Below, piece after piece: positions 38,801 to 51,173 of a DNA stretch of 64,000 nt. The notes below the pieces were generated by a model. The model saw only the letters and a list, made by a program, of their open reading frames with translations. It searched no databases and was not told the origin of the DNA. Source of the stretch: Eledone cirrhosa (lineage: Eukaryota); contig OZ024747.1 in NCBI GenBank assembly GCA_964016885.1, forward strand, positions 22,444,001 through 22,508,000, written 5' to 3'. A program made the position numbers and the translations under genes. The stretch's first letter is position 1. The number at the start of each line of letters is the position of its first letter.

Positions 38801-39759
38801 GTGAAAGATGTATGACATGAGCCCTATGGAACTGATTTGTGAAAGGTGTATGACATGAGCCCTATGGAACTGTTTTGTGAAAGATGTATGACATGAGCCC
38901 TATGGAACTGTTTTGTGAAAGATGTATGACATGAGCCCTATGGAACTGTTTTGTGAAAGATGTATGACATGAGCCCTATGGAACTGATTTGTGAAAGATG
39001 TATGACATGAGCCCTATGGAACTGATTTGTGAAAGATGTATGACATGAGCCCTATGGAACTGATTTGTGAAAGATGTATGACATGAGCCCTATGGAACTG
39101 ATTTGTGAAAGATGTATGACATGAGCCCTATGGAACTGATTTGTGAAAGATGTATGACATGAGCCCTATGGAACTGTTTTGTGAAAGATGTATGGCATGA
39201 GCCCTATGGAACTGATTTGTGAAAGATGTATGACATGAGCCCTATGGAACTGATTTGTGAAAGATGTATGACATGAGCCCTATGGAACTGATTTGTGAAA
39301 GATGTATGACATGAGCCCTATGGAACTGATTTGTGAAAGATGTATGACATGAGCCCTATGGAACTGATTTGTGAAAGATGTATGACATGAGCCCTATGGA
39401 ACTGTTTTGTGAAAGATGTATGGCATGAGCCCTATGGAACTGATTTGTGAAAGATGTATGACATGAGCCCTATGGAACTGATTTGTGAAAGATGTATGAC
39501 ATGAGCCCTATGGAACTGATTTGAGAAAGATGTATGACATGAGCCCTATGGAACTGATTTGTGAAAGATGTATGACATGAGCCCTATGGAACTGATTTGT
39601 GAAAGATGTATGACATGAGCCCTATGGAACTGATTTGTGAAAGATGTATGACATGAGCCCTATGGAACTGATTTGTGAAAGATGTATGGCATAAGCCCTA
39701 TGGAACTGATTTATGAAAGATGTATGACATGAGCCCTATAGGATTGATTTTGTAAAAGA
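35887..39759. repeat. 38-bp minisatellite, about 100 units (ATGAGCCCTATGGAACTGWTTTGTGAAAGRTGTATGRC)
   Basis: Strict 38-bp period, head-to-tail, no spacers; three binary variable positions. Confidence 0.98.
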
Positions 39760-39808
39760 CTTTTCTAAAGTCAAGGAACACCACAAAGAAATTATTTATT
39801 TATGATAA

Positions 39809-40149
39809 TGGAGGCACATGGCTTAGTGGTTAGAGCATTGGGCTTGCAATCGAAAGGTTGTGAGTTCAATTCTCAGACTAGGTGATGTGTTGTTTCCTTG
39901 AGCAAGACACTTTATTTCACATTGCTCCAGTTTACTCAGCTGTAGAAATGAGATAATAGGGACCCCAGTCCCTATCATTCCACTGTAAAGTGGTCGTGGA
40001 GGTGCCACGGCAAAAAAAGCACCCAGCACTCACTGTAAATGAGGTTGGTGTTAGGAAGGGCATCCAGCTGTAGAAATCAAGCCAGCATCAGTTCCCGTCC
40101 CACCCTTGCAAGCAGGGAAAAGCAGACGTAAAATGAAATGATGATGATA
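39809..40149 (+). mobile_element. SINE family B, full length, inserted in the 3' flank of exon T3
   Basis: Same sequence as 20555-20928 and 55757-56097; absent from the paralogous flank at ~33735; ATGATAA on both sides. Confidence 0.88.
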
Positions 40150-40234
40150 AAATCAATTTTATTTTATGAAATCATTATTTTATTCCTACATTAGTCAAAT
40201 AAAACAAATGGAAATTGTGTATTGTATTTCTATT

Positions 40235-40395
40235 TCAAGCTTTTGATTGTATTTTCAGTATTAATGCCCGAAGAAGATCAAGAAGTTCTTCAGTTACACA
40301 TTCAATTGCTTCTTTTTGATAATGTTTTTCACATGTAGCACTAAGACCAGTTTGTTTCTCTGTCATAGTAGCCTTACATTTCGTGAAGTCACGCA
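40235..40395 (-). CDS. Secreted Cys-protein gene, alternative terminal exon T3 (RDFTKCKATMTEKQTGLSATCEKHYQKEAIECVTEELLDLLRALILKIQSKA*)
   Basis: TCTCTTTCAG acceptor, phase 1, open to TGA; 31 of 52 residues identical to T4. Confidence 0.8.
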
Positions 40396-43062
40396 CTGAA
40401 AGAGATGTAAATAAGTATTTGTAATTAGACAGGACCATAGCAATCATAACTCCTGCAAAAGACACCAAAATGTTGTAAAAAATGGGAAGGATACTACAAA
40501 TAAGGTAGTCCTTGATGTCTGATCCCACAAAAGATGTGATAGTCATGACTGGAATGATTTTTATAATGCATCTCTCCAATCAGGGTTGAACAACAATGAA
40601 TGACCATGGGTTTTGTACCTAGAATGTTCCCCTCCGCACAAGCCCGGGCAAGGTATTTTTGTAGAAAACCAGTAGTCACCCATGCATACCAGTCTCCTCT
40701 CTCCATGCCACCGATGTTGTCCAAGTGAAAAACAAGAACTGATGTGACATCGCAATTCATTTTTTTCCGGCTGAGTGAACTGAATCAATTTGAAATAAAG
40801 TGTCTTACTCAAGGACACAATACACCACTTGGTCTGGGAATCGAACTCACAACTTCACTCTAACCACTAAGCCATGTACTTTCACAGTAAAACCTAGAGA
40901 AATAGAGGAGAATTGTTGCTGGTTATGAATATCAACTATATGTTACTGCTACTTCTAATGGAGTTATAGAAGCATCATTATAGCATATGATATGTCTTGG
41001 ACATTTTAAACCTGTCAGTGCCCATCTGTTTCCAGGTTTTACCAGAGCCAATTTCTTGAGAGGAAGGTAAGAGAAGAAGAACCAATTCCAGTACTGGACT
41101 CGCACTATATTTATCAACTCTTAAAGGATGAAAGGCAAAGTTGGCCTCAGGTTTCCTGCATGTGAGTTGAACTCACATGCAGGAAACCTGAAAAGAATTA
41201 TCATCCTCATTATAGTCTTTATGTCAACGTTTCCGTGCTGGCATGGGTTTGGATGGAATAGTTTGAGAAATGTTTTACAACCAGGCACACTTCCTGATAT
41301 CAACCCTTTAAGTTGCTTCTTGTGATAATAATGAAAATGATTGTGTAGTGTTCATGCACACTACAACACATCAAAGGTGCATTAACAGCTCTGTTAATTG
41401 GCTGCCATACTAACTATATGATTGAGGGAAAATATTCAGAGAAGTGTTCTGTATACTAGATATAAATGCTATAGCCCCACATATGTAATATTATAATTCT
41501 ATTAAAATCTAGGATGCTTTATAAGACTGTACTAGTCTTTGATATAAATCTTCTGTCCATAACACAGTTTCAACTCCCACATTGTCAGGCCTTTATAGTT
41601 GTTGGGTCACTATTAATCATAAGCAAAAATTTACAGTCTATAGAAAGAGGGTGTTCTGGTTACATGCTGTTAGTAACTGGTTGTAAGGATTATTAATATA
41701 ATCATCAAATCTATGATTGAACCCCTGTAATTTAAAAAAATATTCTTGAAGATGACAACAGGCTGGGGGCTGGGGAAATTCAGGTAGCAATGTTAGACAG
41801 GATGAGCTGGAGAAAGAACCTCGTCATGGGACTGGTAATGGATGTATAGAAGAAGAAGAATCTATAATTTTTTTTTTATTTTCTTCTTGTTTTATAGCTT
41901 AAGTATTCATACAAAAAATATATTTCACATAAAGTTTGGATAAGAATGTATCCTTCTACATTAATCTCTTCCCCCTTCTTTTTTTTTTACAAGGCTTTTA
42001 TCTTTATGGAAGGCTACTGAAGGCAGTACTAAATTATTAGTGAGTGAAATTTGTAGATTGGGTTACAACTCTTGAAGGAAAGACTTGAAAAACAACACCA
42101 ATATTCTACAGATATATTTAAATGCTATAAAATCCTATTTTATTTCTATCTTCTTCTTCACCCACTTATTTTTGGGAGAAGTATGGGAGCACAGTCCTCA
42201 GGCATGTCTACCTAAAGGCCCTATCAGAAGCAACCATCATCATATGGTGCAGCTGGATCTCCAAGAGAGACCAACCGAGCTCATGGATGTTATCTAACCA
42301 TCTTGTTTTCTAGTCTCTCTTAAAGTCTCCTGCCAGTTGGCTTTGCCCATAAAATCTGTCTTACGAATCCTCCCTTAGACATTCTAATCATATGTTCATA
42401 GTACTGGAACTGTGATCTCTTTAAGCCAAGAAGTAGCAGCTCTACCTGGAGCAACTCTCTGATCTCTGAGCTTCACACCCTATCAAGTAACATTACTCCA
42501 GAGACCCTACGGAGGAACCTTTTATTTGGTCTGCTTATATATATAATCCTATTCTTTCAGTCATTACCCAAGACTCACAAACAAAAGTAAGGATAGCCAT
42601 GGAATTTCTTTCTTTGAATAAAAAATCAACTTCCTTATATTTTTATGTCATAATAACACATTCTTGACTTTGATTATCTTAAATTGTTCCACAACACAAA
42701 ACACACAGGTGTAAATATAATCTGTTTAAAGTAGAAATATTAAAAACACAGAATGCATTTCAACTAAAGTTTATTATATAGAGATGTTTGTATATGTGCA
42801 TGCATGCACAATCACATTCAAAATTGGTGGATGTAATTATATGTATGTTTGTCACTATAGCTTTATGTAGGTGTGCATGTATATATATATATTTACATAT
42901 ATACATATATATATGTATATATATAAATATATACAAGATACTTATGAAACAGTTCTATATAAAATAAAGATGCTTATACTCTACCAATGTATTGAGTACC
43001 TTTTTTTTAACTGTGATCACATCCCAACTCCATTTGGGAATCTACCTATTATATATATATTT

Positions 43063-43268
43063 TCATCATCATCATCATCATCATCACCGTTTTACGTCCG
43101 TTCTTCCACGCTAGCATGGGTTAGACGGGTTGTCCTGTTGTGTGCAGTGTCTGGTCGGCTGACCATGCCTTGCTCATACAGGAACTGATCTGGCTTGATT
43201 TCTACAGCTGGATGCCCTTCCTAACACCAACCTCATTTACAGTGAGTGGTGGGTGCTTTTTCGTGGCG

Positions 43269-43271
<3 letters not shown>
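43063..43271 (-). mobile_element. RTE LINE 3' end fragment
   Basis: Near-identical to 22201-22408; truncated into a (TA)n run. Confidence 0.85.
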
Positions 43272-43328
<57 letters not shown>

Positions 43329-43563
43329 TAATAAACACTGTTTATCACTTGGTTAAAATATATATAATTAGACATTGCTTATAATGTGAATCTAGTACTA
43401 CTCTTGTCTTTCATGAGATTTATCAAGATATAAATTCATTTGTTTCTGATATGTGTTAGATTCAAATTACAAACAATGTTTTATTATTATATTTTTTATT
43501 ACAATTATATTTAACAATATATATTTCTTTATGCTACCAAAGACATTTATACTTTATATATAT

Positions 43564-43632
<69 letters not shown>

Positions 43633-43702
43633 TCCAGTAATAGCCGTCGAAACAGCTTGAGCTCTGCTGTCGGGGTCATACATTTTCCTATATATATATA
43701 TT

Positions 43703-43784
<82 letters not shown>

Positions 43785-43935
43785 CATACATATACATATA
43801 TACATATATATACTTATATATATTTACATATATATATATATAGAGAGAGAGAGAGATAAATAGATAGATACTTACATAAATGCATACATACACATACATA
43901 CATTTATACACATACTACACATACATATACACATA

Positions 43936-43985
<50 letters not shown>

Positions 43986-43988
<3 letters not shown>

Positions 43989-44133
43989 ATATAAGATCAA
44001 AAGATGGTTAAAAGAGTTCCATGTATTTTATTATGCGCATTTCAAAAACAAATATCATCATGCGATGACATTTGCGTTTTCCTCAGATAAAAATACATGG
44101 AACTCTTTTAACCATCTTTTGATCTTATATTAT
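43986..44133 (-). ncRNA. Type I hammerhead ribozyme with extended stem I
   Basis: Minus strand: 44-bp perfect stem I arms; CTGAGGA (44086-44080); 16-bp stem II with GCAT loop (one mismatch, two G-U); GAAA; T-GCGC-A stem III; cleavage triplet ATA (44034-44032). Confidence 0.78.
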
Positions 44134-44214
44134 TTATACTCCAGTCCTACAAACTGTAGAGTGCTACTTATCCGATATCTGCATTGCTTTATTGTACTAC
44201 AATAAAACTCACCT

Positions 44215-44276
<62 letters not shown>

Positions 44277-44417
44277 TAGATAGATAGATAGATACTTACA
44301 TAAATACATACATAATACACATACATACATTTATACACACACACATAGTACACACACACACATACTAACATGCATCAATATATCTATGTGCTTCTATGCA
44401 TCAAATCATTGCACATG

Positions 44418-44599
44418 TTAGAATTTTCTTGGATCTGATGTTGTTTCCTCCAGTTTTTCTGCGACCATCTTCAACAGGGTGACTGCCTTCAATATTGCAC
44501 ATTTGATTGCTAGTTTGGGGTCTATTTCCGCCTCACATGTTGCACTCAGACCGGTTTTTATCTCTGTAACTGTAGCCTTACATCGAGCGGGCCAAACAA
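44418..44599 (-). CDS. Secreted Cys-protein gene, alternative terminal exon T2 (VWPARCKATVTEIKTGLSATCEAEIDPKLAIKCAILKAVTLLKMVAEKLEETTSDPRKF*)
   Basis: TTTTTCTCTCTTCCTAG acceptor, phase 1, open to TAA; CKATVTE-x2-TGLSATCE motif shared with T3/T4. Not in the ORF track. Confidence 0.8.
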
Positions 44600-46043
44600 C
44601 TAGGAAGAGAGAAAAATGATGAGGTCATTCTCTTGTTGGCACCAATGCTATATAGTTTAGCCAACACTCATGCATAGGAAAGTAGAGGGGGTATGATGTT
44701 GGACAAACATTTTCCTTAATCAATTTTGAAATTAGGTTTTGAATTTGAAACAAAGTTTCTAGAGTTTCTTTCATTAAAGAAAAGAAAAAGATTCCATTTT
44801 TTTTTATGTTTGAGATATAACAAATTTGATTATTTGGGCAATACTAAAAACTTCATTCTATATGAGGTGTATTAGCTCTTAACGTTCTGCAATGATTCAG
44901 CATAAAATGTCTAAAGTCAGGTTTGTTAATTTAAATATTTATAGTGTCTTTACCAGTCAATAGAACATTGCTGTGAAAATTTGCTGCATTAGAATAAAGA
45001 TTCAAATTTTAATATGATGAAATCATAGTACTGATTTGTTCTTTTCAAAAATGTCTTGCTAAAGCAGTTTCATGTGGTACAGCACATTAAATAATTACAT
45101 TGTGTTGGCTGCTTCACCAGATTTATACCTGAATGATTTAAATGTTCATTTTTTCCTTTTAATCCTTTAGCATTTAAACCGGCCATATCTGGCCAAAATT
45201 TTCTCACCTCTTTCTGTTCAAACTGGCCATAACTGGCCACTCATACTGACATTAAGGTATTGTTTTCAAAATAAGTAATAATATCATAAACATCTCATAG
45301 ATTCCATATTATGTGAGATAATTATGTGAGGTAAAGCCTTTACCATGAAAATATAATAGTAGAGTAATGTAAATGTTAAAGGGTTAATAATGGGAAGATT
45401 GTCAGGAAAATTTGCAGTAAACCTAAGTAAAGACTTTGTAATCAGATGCAGTCATAGCACTGTTTCGTACTTTTCAAGAATGTCTTACTAATGTGGTTCC
45501 ATGAGGTTTGGTAATTCAAATATTTATATCTTTACTTGTGGATAGATTGTTGTGAATTTCAATATTTAACGTAAATGTCTTGCTAATGCAGTTTCATGTG
45601 GTACAGGACATTAAAAGTTATGGGTAAATCAGGAAGCTGAACTTCACTGAACTCTTAGTTAAGACATGTATGAAATGGATTAGTTTCAACTGGTAATAGA
45701 AATTAGATTGGTGACTCAGCTCACCCGGGTTCATTTACAATCTATAGCTCTTGCATAAAATGACAGGTATATTTCTAATGGGATCAATTATTGTATATAT
45801 ATTAAAAGTATATATTTTAATTTCAGTTCCTTATTTTATGGGATGAAAGACGATTTTCATCATGATGAAATTTGAACTACAAAAATTTGAGCTGAGGTAC
45901 TAAACATGGGTTTAACTTCATTCTCCTAACTCAGTTATATCAAATAATCTTTATTATAAAAGAGAAGCCGTTTCTCTGCCTGTCCATCACACATATATGT
46001 AGGAGTGAAAAGCGGAGGCAACTCCTTTTTAAAGTCTCACACT

Positions 46044-47041
46044 TATCATCATCATCATCATCATCAACGTTTAACGTCCCGTGTTCCACGCTTGCATGGG
46101 TTTGGACGGGGGTAGTCCCACTTGAGGCAAGAGTGATTGTCTTGCTCGCATAGGACTGTCTGGCAGGTTTTCTACAGTTGGATGCCCTTCCTAACACCAA
46201 CCACATTTACAGTGTGGGTCTGGGAGGTTTTTACCGTGTTGCCTACACGGCCACATTACAGCGTGGACTGTGTGTTTTTTTGTCATGACACCTACACGAT
46301 CTCATTTGTTTCGGCCTGGATGGCGCGGCACCAACATAACTTTACATAGAACGGGGTGGTGTGGATGTGGTGGGGGTGGGACGGGGTGTATTTTGTTAGA
46401 GATGCCTACTGGCTGGAGTAGGTTTTACTATATATATTTAGGTAAGGCGGGTCTTCTCTGTTACTGAGTACCGCCAAAGGTCTCGGTCCAGTGACATTGT
46501 CTTGGAGAGGTGTAAGTGTGTGATGTCGGAGTTTATCAGCTTGTCCCAGGTTTTTCTAGGTCTGCCTATTCCGTGACTACCGTCTATCTTTATTGCCCTG
46601 CACTTTGTTATACAGCTATCGACTTTCATGCGCATCACGTGTCCATACCAACGTAGCCTTCTCTCGAGTAAGCAACATCTGATCCCTCTTATCTCTAATT
46701 TTTTCCTTAGTTCGTTTCTGCTTTGCCGTTCACGTATATTACTGTTACACATCCAGCGGAGCATGCAAGCTTCGTTCCTCTCTAGTCTGCGTATATCCTC
46801 TGCACACAATGCCCAGGTCTCACTGCCATGCAACATTGCTGTTCGTATGCAGGCATCGTACAACCTGCCTTTCATTTTTAGGGAGAACCCTTTAGCAGCT
46901 AATAGTGGTATAAGCTCTCTGAACTTTTTCCAACCAGTTCTGACTCTAGCTACTGTACTTTCAGAGCACCCTCCACCACTGCTGATTTTGTCACCCAGGT
47001 AACGGAAGGTGTCCACTATTTCTATAGAACCCTCTGCGCAA
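46044..47041 (-). mobile_element. 5'-truncated RTE LINE, second subfamily
   Basis: ORF 47109-46438 with FRYLG, MLHGSETW, RRLRWYGHV, GRPRKTW; 3' UTR plus (ATC)n tail. Confidence 0.9.
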
Positions 47042-47728
47042 TTGAAAGAGCTTATATGTATATATAATAAATATAGTGTATTTTGGTGTTTCTGTATGTC
47101 CTTCAACACAGAATTTAAAAAAGACTTTCATTATAATTGTTTCTACTTTAGGCAATTACCCAGTGTATTACTGGTGCTTTATTTTATCGACCCCGTAAGG
47201 ATGAAAGGCAAAGTTAACCTCGACGGGATTTGAACTCAGACCATAAAGAGCCGTAACTCTTTGCTGCAAAACATGGCATCCGACCCTCTACCAATACTGC
47301 CAATGACAGGTTGCCGTTGTTGTTGAGAGAAAAATATAGTGAGAGAGAGTGTGTGTGTATGTGAAAGGTAGATAGAATTAAAATTTGTTTCAAGAAAAAA
47401 AAAACAGGTTGCTATTGTTGCTGAGAGAGAAATACAGAGGGGGGGGGGGGGGTATGTGTGTGTTTCTATATGTCCTTCAACATATAGACAAGACAACACA
47501 CACTTTAAAAGTAGATCATGAAGTTTGTCCGGTACACTTTTATGTATATATATATCTATATATAATGTGTATATCTATATATAATGTGTATACCGAAGGA
47601 AGTGTGGTAAGGAACCAGATGGAACATAATGCACCAGAGTACTCAATACTTAGGGTAGTAGAGTGGGTAATAGGAAAATGTTTAACCCCGACGGCAGAGC
47701 TCAAGCCGTTTCGACGGCTATTTCAGAA

Positions 47729-47765
<37 letters not shown>

Positions 47766-50700
47766 TATAGATATATAGATATCTATATATATATATATAA
47801 AGATACAGAAGCGAAAACCAACCAAACAGCGAATGTGTTCTGTTATTTCTGGCAATATTATTACATACAACAATATGACCCTCCCCAAGTATAACAATAT
47901 ATATATTAGATTATTTGTGTGTGTAGTGTAACGATGGGTAATAACCTAGTAGTTATAAATGTAGTGCAATGGTTGTCAGGTGAAGGTAGAAACTTTCCCC
48001 CAAAAAGTTCCATGGCCCACAAGTGTGTTACAACATTTACCTAGGTGTATCATGAAAATTATAAAATTATAATTATTAAAAATGTGATAAACACAAACTC
48101 GAATTCTAAATATAGAATATTGTAGGTATTCTTCATTTATTGAGTAAAGAAATACCTAATAATTTTCTCTAGTTTTAATTCATCATTACCCTCACTATTA
48201 TCATCATCATCATCACTGTCATCAGTTTTACATCTACTTTCTATGCATAGGTTTTACTGTTGTAACAACCTGTGCCAGTTCATATTTGGAGCTATATCTC
48301 TTGTAAATGTGTTGGAGGCTCACATCTTGCACATGTGTTGCATTTGTAGCATTATATTTATGGCTGATTTATTTTCTTAATACCAACCACCTTACAGAGT
48401 GTACTGGGTGCATTTTATAGTGGCACTAGTACTTGAGAGATTGTCAGGTCTTCAACAAAACTCAAGAGTCCACTTTAACCTATGTTATCACCATTTAATC
48501 AACAACCACTTTATTGAGTACATTGTATCATATTTATGGGCTAAAATATACAAATATATTTCTTTTAATTCATATTTTTGAATTTATGCCCAAAGTGTGG
48601 CAAAATATCTTTGCTTTAAGCTGTGCTATGAAAACCACTGGATTGCAGTGTTGAACTACAAGCTCACAAGTTCAAAGCCTACTATGTTGATTGTTTTACA
48701 AAAAACTCCCGGTTCTAATTGCTTCACTTTACTTGGTTGATAACAGATATCTCCCAACACCACATTTCATATTTGAATGTAGGGAGAACATTTAGCAATA
48801 GGAACAATTGCTCTGGTTATATGAAATTGTTTAACTTTAACACCCTGTACCACATGAAACCACATTAGCAAGACATTCTTGAAAAGTACAAAACAGTACT
48901 GTACTATAACTGCATTACATGAAAAATCAAAGCCTTTACTCTAATAATACAAATTTTCTCAACATTTTGTCCTGAAGTAAAGATACTACAAACATTTGAA
49001 ATATTTTGAGATATTTTCTGCTACCTTATCTATGAGAGCATGGAAAAGTAGATGTAAAATAGGAGAAAATGAATTAAGAATGCTTTCTTTGTGTTCTGCA
49101 TATGATGATTTGGAGTGAGGATATATTTTCTTCTCACTGGTCTTAGATTGTATGATAGCATTTTATAAGATTAGCTTACCTCTTATAGAAGTAACTATAA
49201 CTAATAAGTACATATATGATATGGAAGCCCCAAGTACAAAGTGGTTGATGTTAGGAAGAGTATCCAACGATAGAAACCAAGCCCAAAACGAATTATATAT
49301 ATATAAGCAAGATATGGTCACCTGACCTGTCTAGCTTCATAGCATGACAGCCTGTCTAACCCATGCAAGCGTAGAAAATAAGTATTAAACAGTGATAATA
49401 ATTGGTTCTACTTTTGGCAGTGATGATGATGAGAGTGATGATGATGATGATGATGATGATGATGGTGGAGATGATGATGATGATGATGATGATGATGACT
49501 ATATCTAATTTAGTTTTAATATTAATTCATTACTCCCCATAATGAAAGACCTTTTCCACAATTCTCGATCGTTTCCTTTTCTTTGTTAAAAATTAATTTA
49601 TTCCACTTTGTGAAATGTTTGTATTTATTATTTACTGATTGGCAAAATCGGTAGAGCAGCGGACATTATGCTTTGTGACATATAGTTACAGCTCTTTACA
49701 TTCTGAGTTCAAAACCCGCCAAGGTTGGCTTTACCTATCATCCTTAGGAGGTTGATAAAATAAAGCACCAGTAATACACTGGGGTCGATTTAATCAACTT
49801 TCCTCTCCTCCAAAAATTGTTGGCCTTGTGCCTGAATCAGAAACCATTATTGGCTGACACAGGAGGATGGTGGACTGTCAGAATCACTAAAGCACCAGAC
49901 TTAATATCCCATTGTATTTGGCTATGACTCTTTACTGTCTGAGTTCAAATCCCACTGAGGTTAACTTTACCATTCATCCTTTTGAAGTTGCTAAAATAAA
50001 GTACCAGTAAAGTACTAAGGTCGGTATAATCAACTTGTCTAGCCCCACAAATTACTGTCTTTGTGCCTAAATTAGAAATTATTATTTGCTGATACAGACT
50101 CATCACTGGTTTCCTTGGATTCTACTGCTGCACTTTAACCCTTTAGCATTTAAACAGGCCATATCCGGCCACAATTCTCTCACCTCTTTCTGTTCAAATC
50201 CAACTGTAACCAGCCGCTCATACTGATGTTAAGGTATTGTTCTCAAAATAAATAATATCAAAATCTTATAGATTTGATATTATGTGAGATAATTATGTGA
50301 GATAAAGCCTTTACCATGAAAATACAATAGTAAATATAGAGTAATATAAATGCTAAAGGGTTGACAAAAATAGTTTGTTGATTAAGTCACCAGTTTTTTG
50401 TGAGTGTAAGAGCGAGAAACATATGAAGAAGTACAAAATATTTCTTTCTGTTTTTTTCCTGCTCAAGTGACAACTAAATTTAATTTATTTCATATTAAAT
50501 ATTTCTTCTGTATTTATAAACAGCCCATTTCAGCATATCTGTACATCATCAGTATAGAGTATATATATGTATGTATGTTTCTCCTTCTCTTAATTTCGAG
50601 TAGACTTTTGACTGGCCACCTTCCTGGTGACAAGGTTGTAAAAGAAAAGAAATTGTCATCCCTTGAATTGCAAGAATGTTTTGCAAATTTTGAAGGTGCC

Positions 50701-50790
50701 AGCTAATGCAGCCATTTATAGTCTCTGAATTAGGGAGCTGCGCTCTTTGTCCACAAATCCAAGTTCAGTCATACTTTGGTCCAAGCGGGT

Positions 50791-50792
<2 letters not shown>

Positions 50793-50822
<30 letters not shown>

Positions 50823-50891
50823 TGTATGTATGTATGTATGTATGTATGTATGTATGTATGTATGTATGTATGTATGCATGTATGTATGTAT
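50793..50891. repeat. (TATG)n microsatellite
   Basis: About 24 TATG units. Confidence 0.95.
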
Positions 50892-51009
50892 GAGATCCTT
50901 CATTCCAAAATGACCAATAACCACCGATCTAAACTAGGAAGGGGTCACTATAAATTATAATAGGAAAAAAAAAGAAACAAACAAAGTTTTTTGGGAAAGT
51001 CAACATGCT

Positions 51010-51173
51010 TTAGTTATCTCTGTTTTTAATTGTCAAAGACAAGAGTTTGAGGAGATTCATAACTTGTTCCATGGCACATGCGATGGCTTCTTTTTGGTTC
51101 GATTTTTCACAGGTGCTGGTAAGTTTGGTCTCATTCTCGGTGACAACTGCCTTGCATTTTAATAGTTCAGGAA
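51010..51173 (-). CDS. Secreted Cys-protein gene, alternative terminal exon T1 (PELLKCKAVVTENETKLTSTCEKSNQKEAIACAMEQVMNLLKLLSLTIKNRDN*)
   Basis: TCTATCTCTCTAG acceptor, phase 1, open to TAA; same Cys spacing and QKEAI-x-C motif as T3/T4. Not in the ORF track. Confidence 0.8.

Noticed and set aside
35887-39759. CRISPR-like array (repeat length 38 bp)
   Set aside because: Units are contiguous with no unique spacers, there are no cas genes and the context is eukaryotic; no long ORF either.
39809-39880. Additional tRNA genes
   Set aside because: These are tRNA-derived SINE heads without a complete cloverleaf.
40396-40579. N-terminal extension of the 114-aa ORF (and the similar one upstream of 33979) as a signal peptide of stand-alone genes
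   Set aside because: Similarity to T1/T2 starts exactly at the AG acceptor; the upstream part is intron and decayed repeat.
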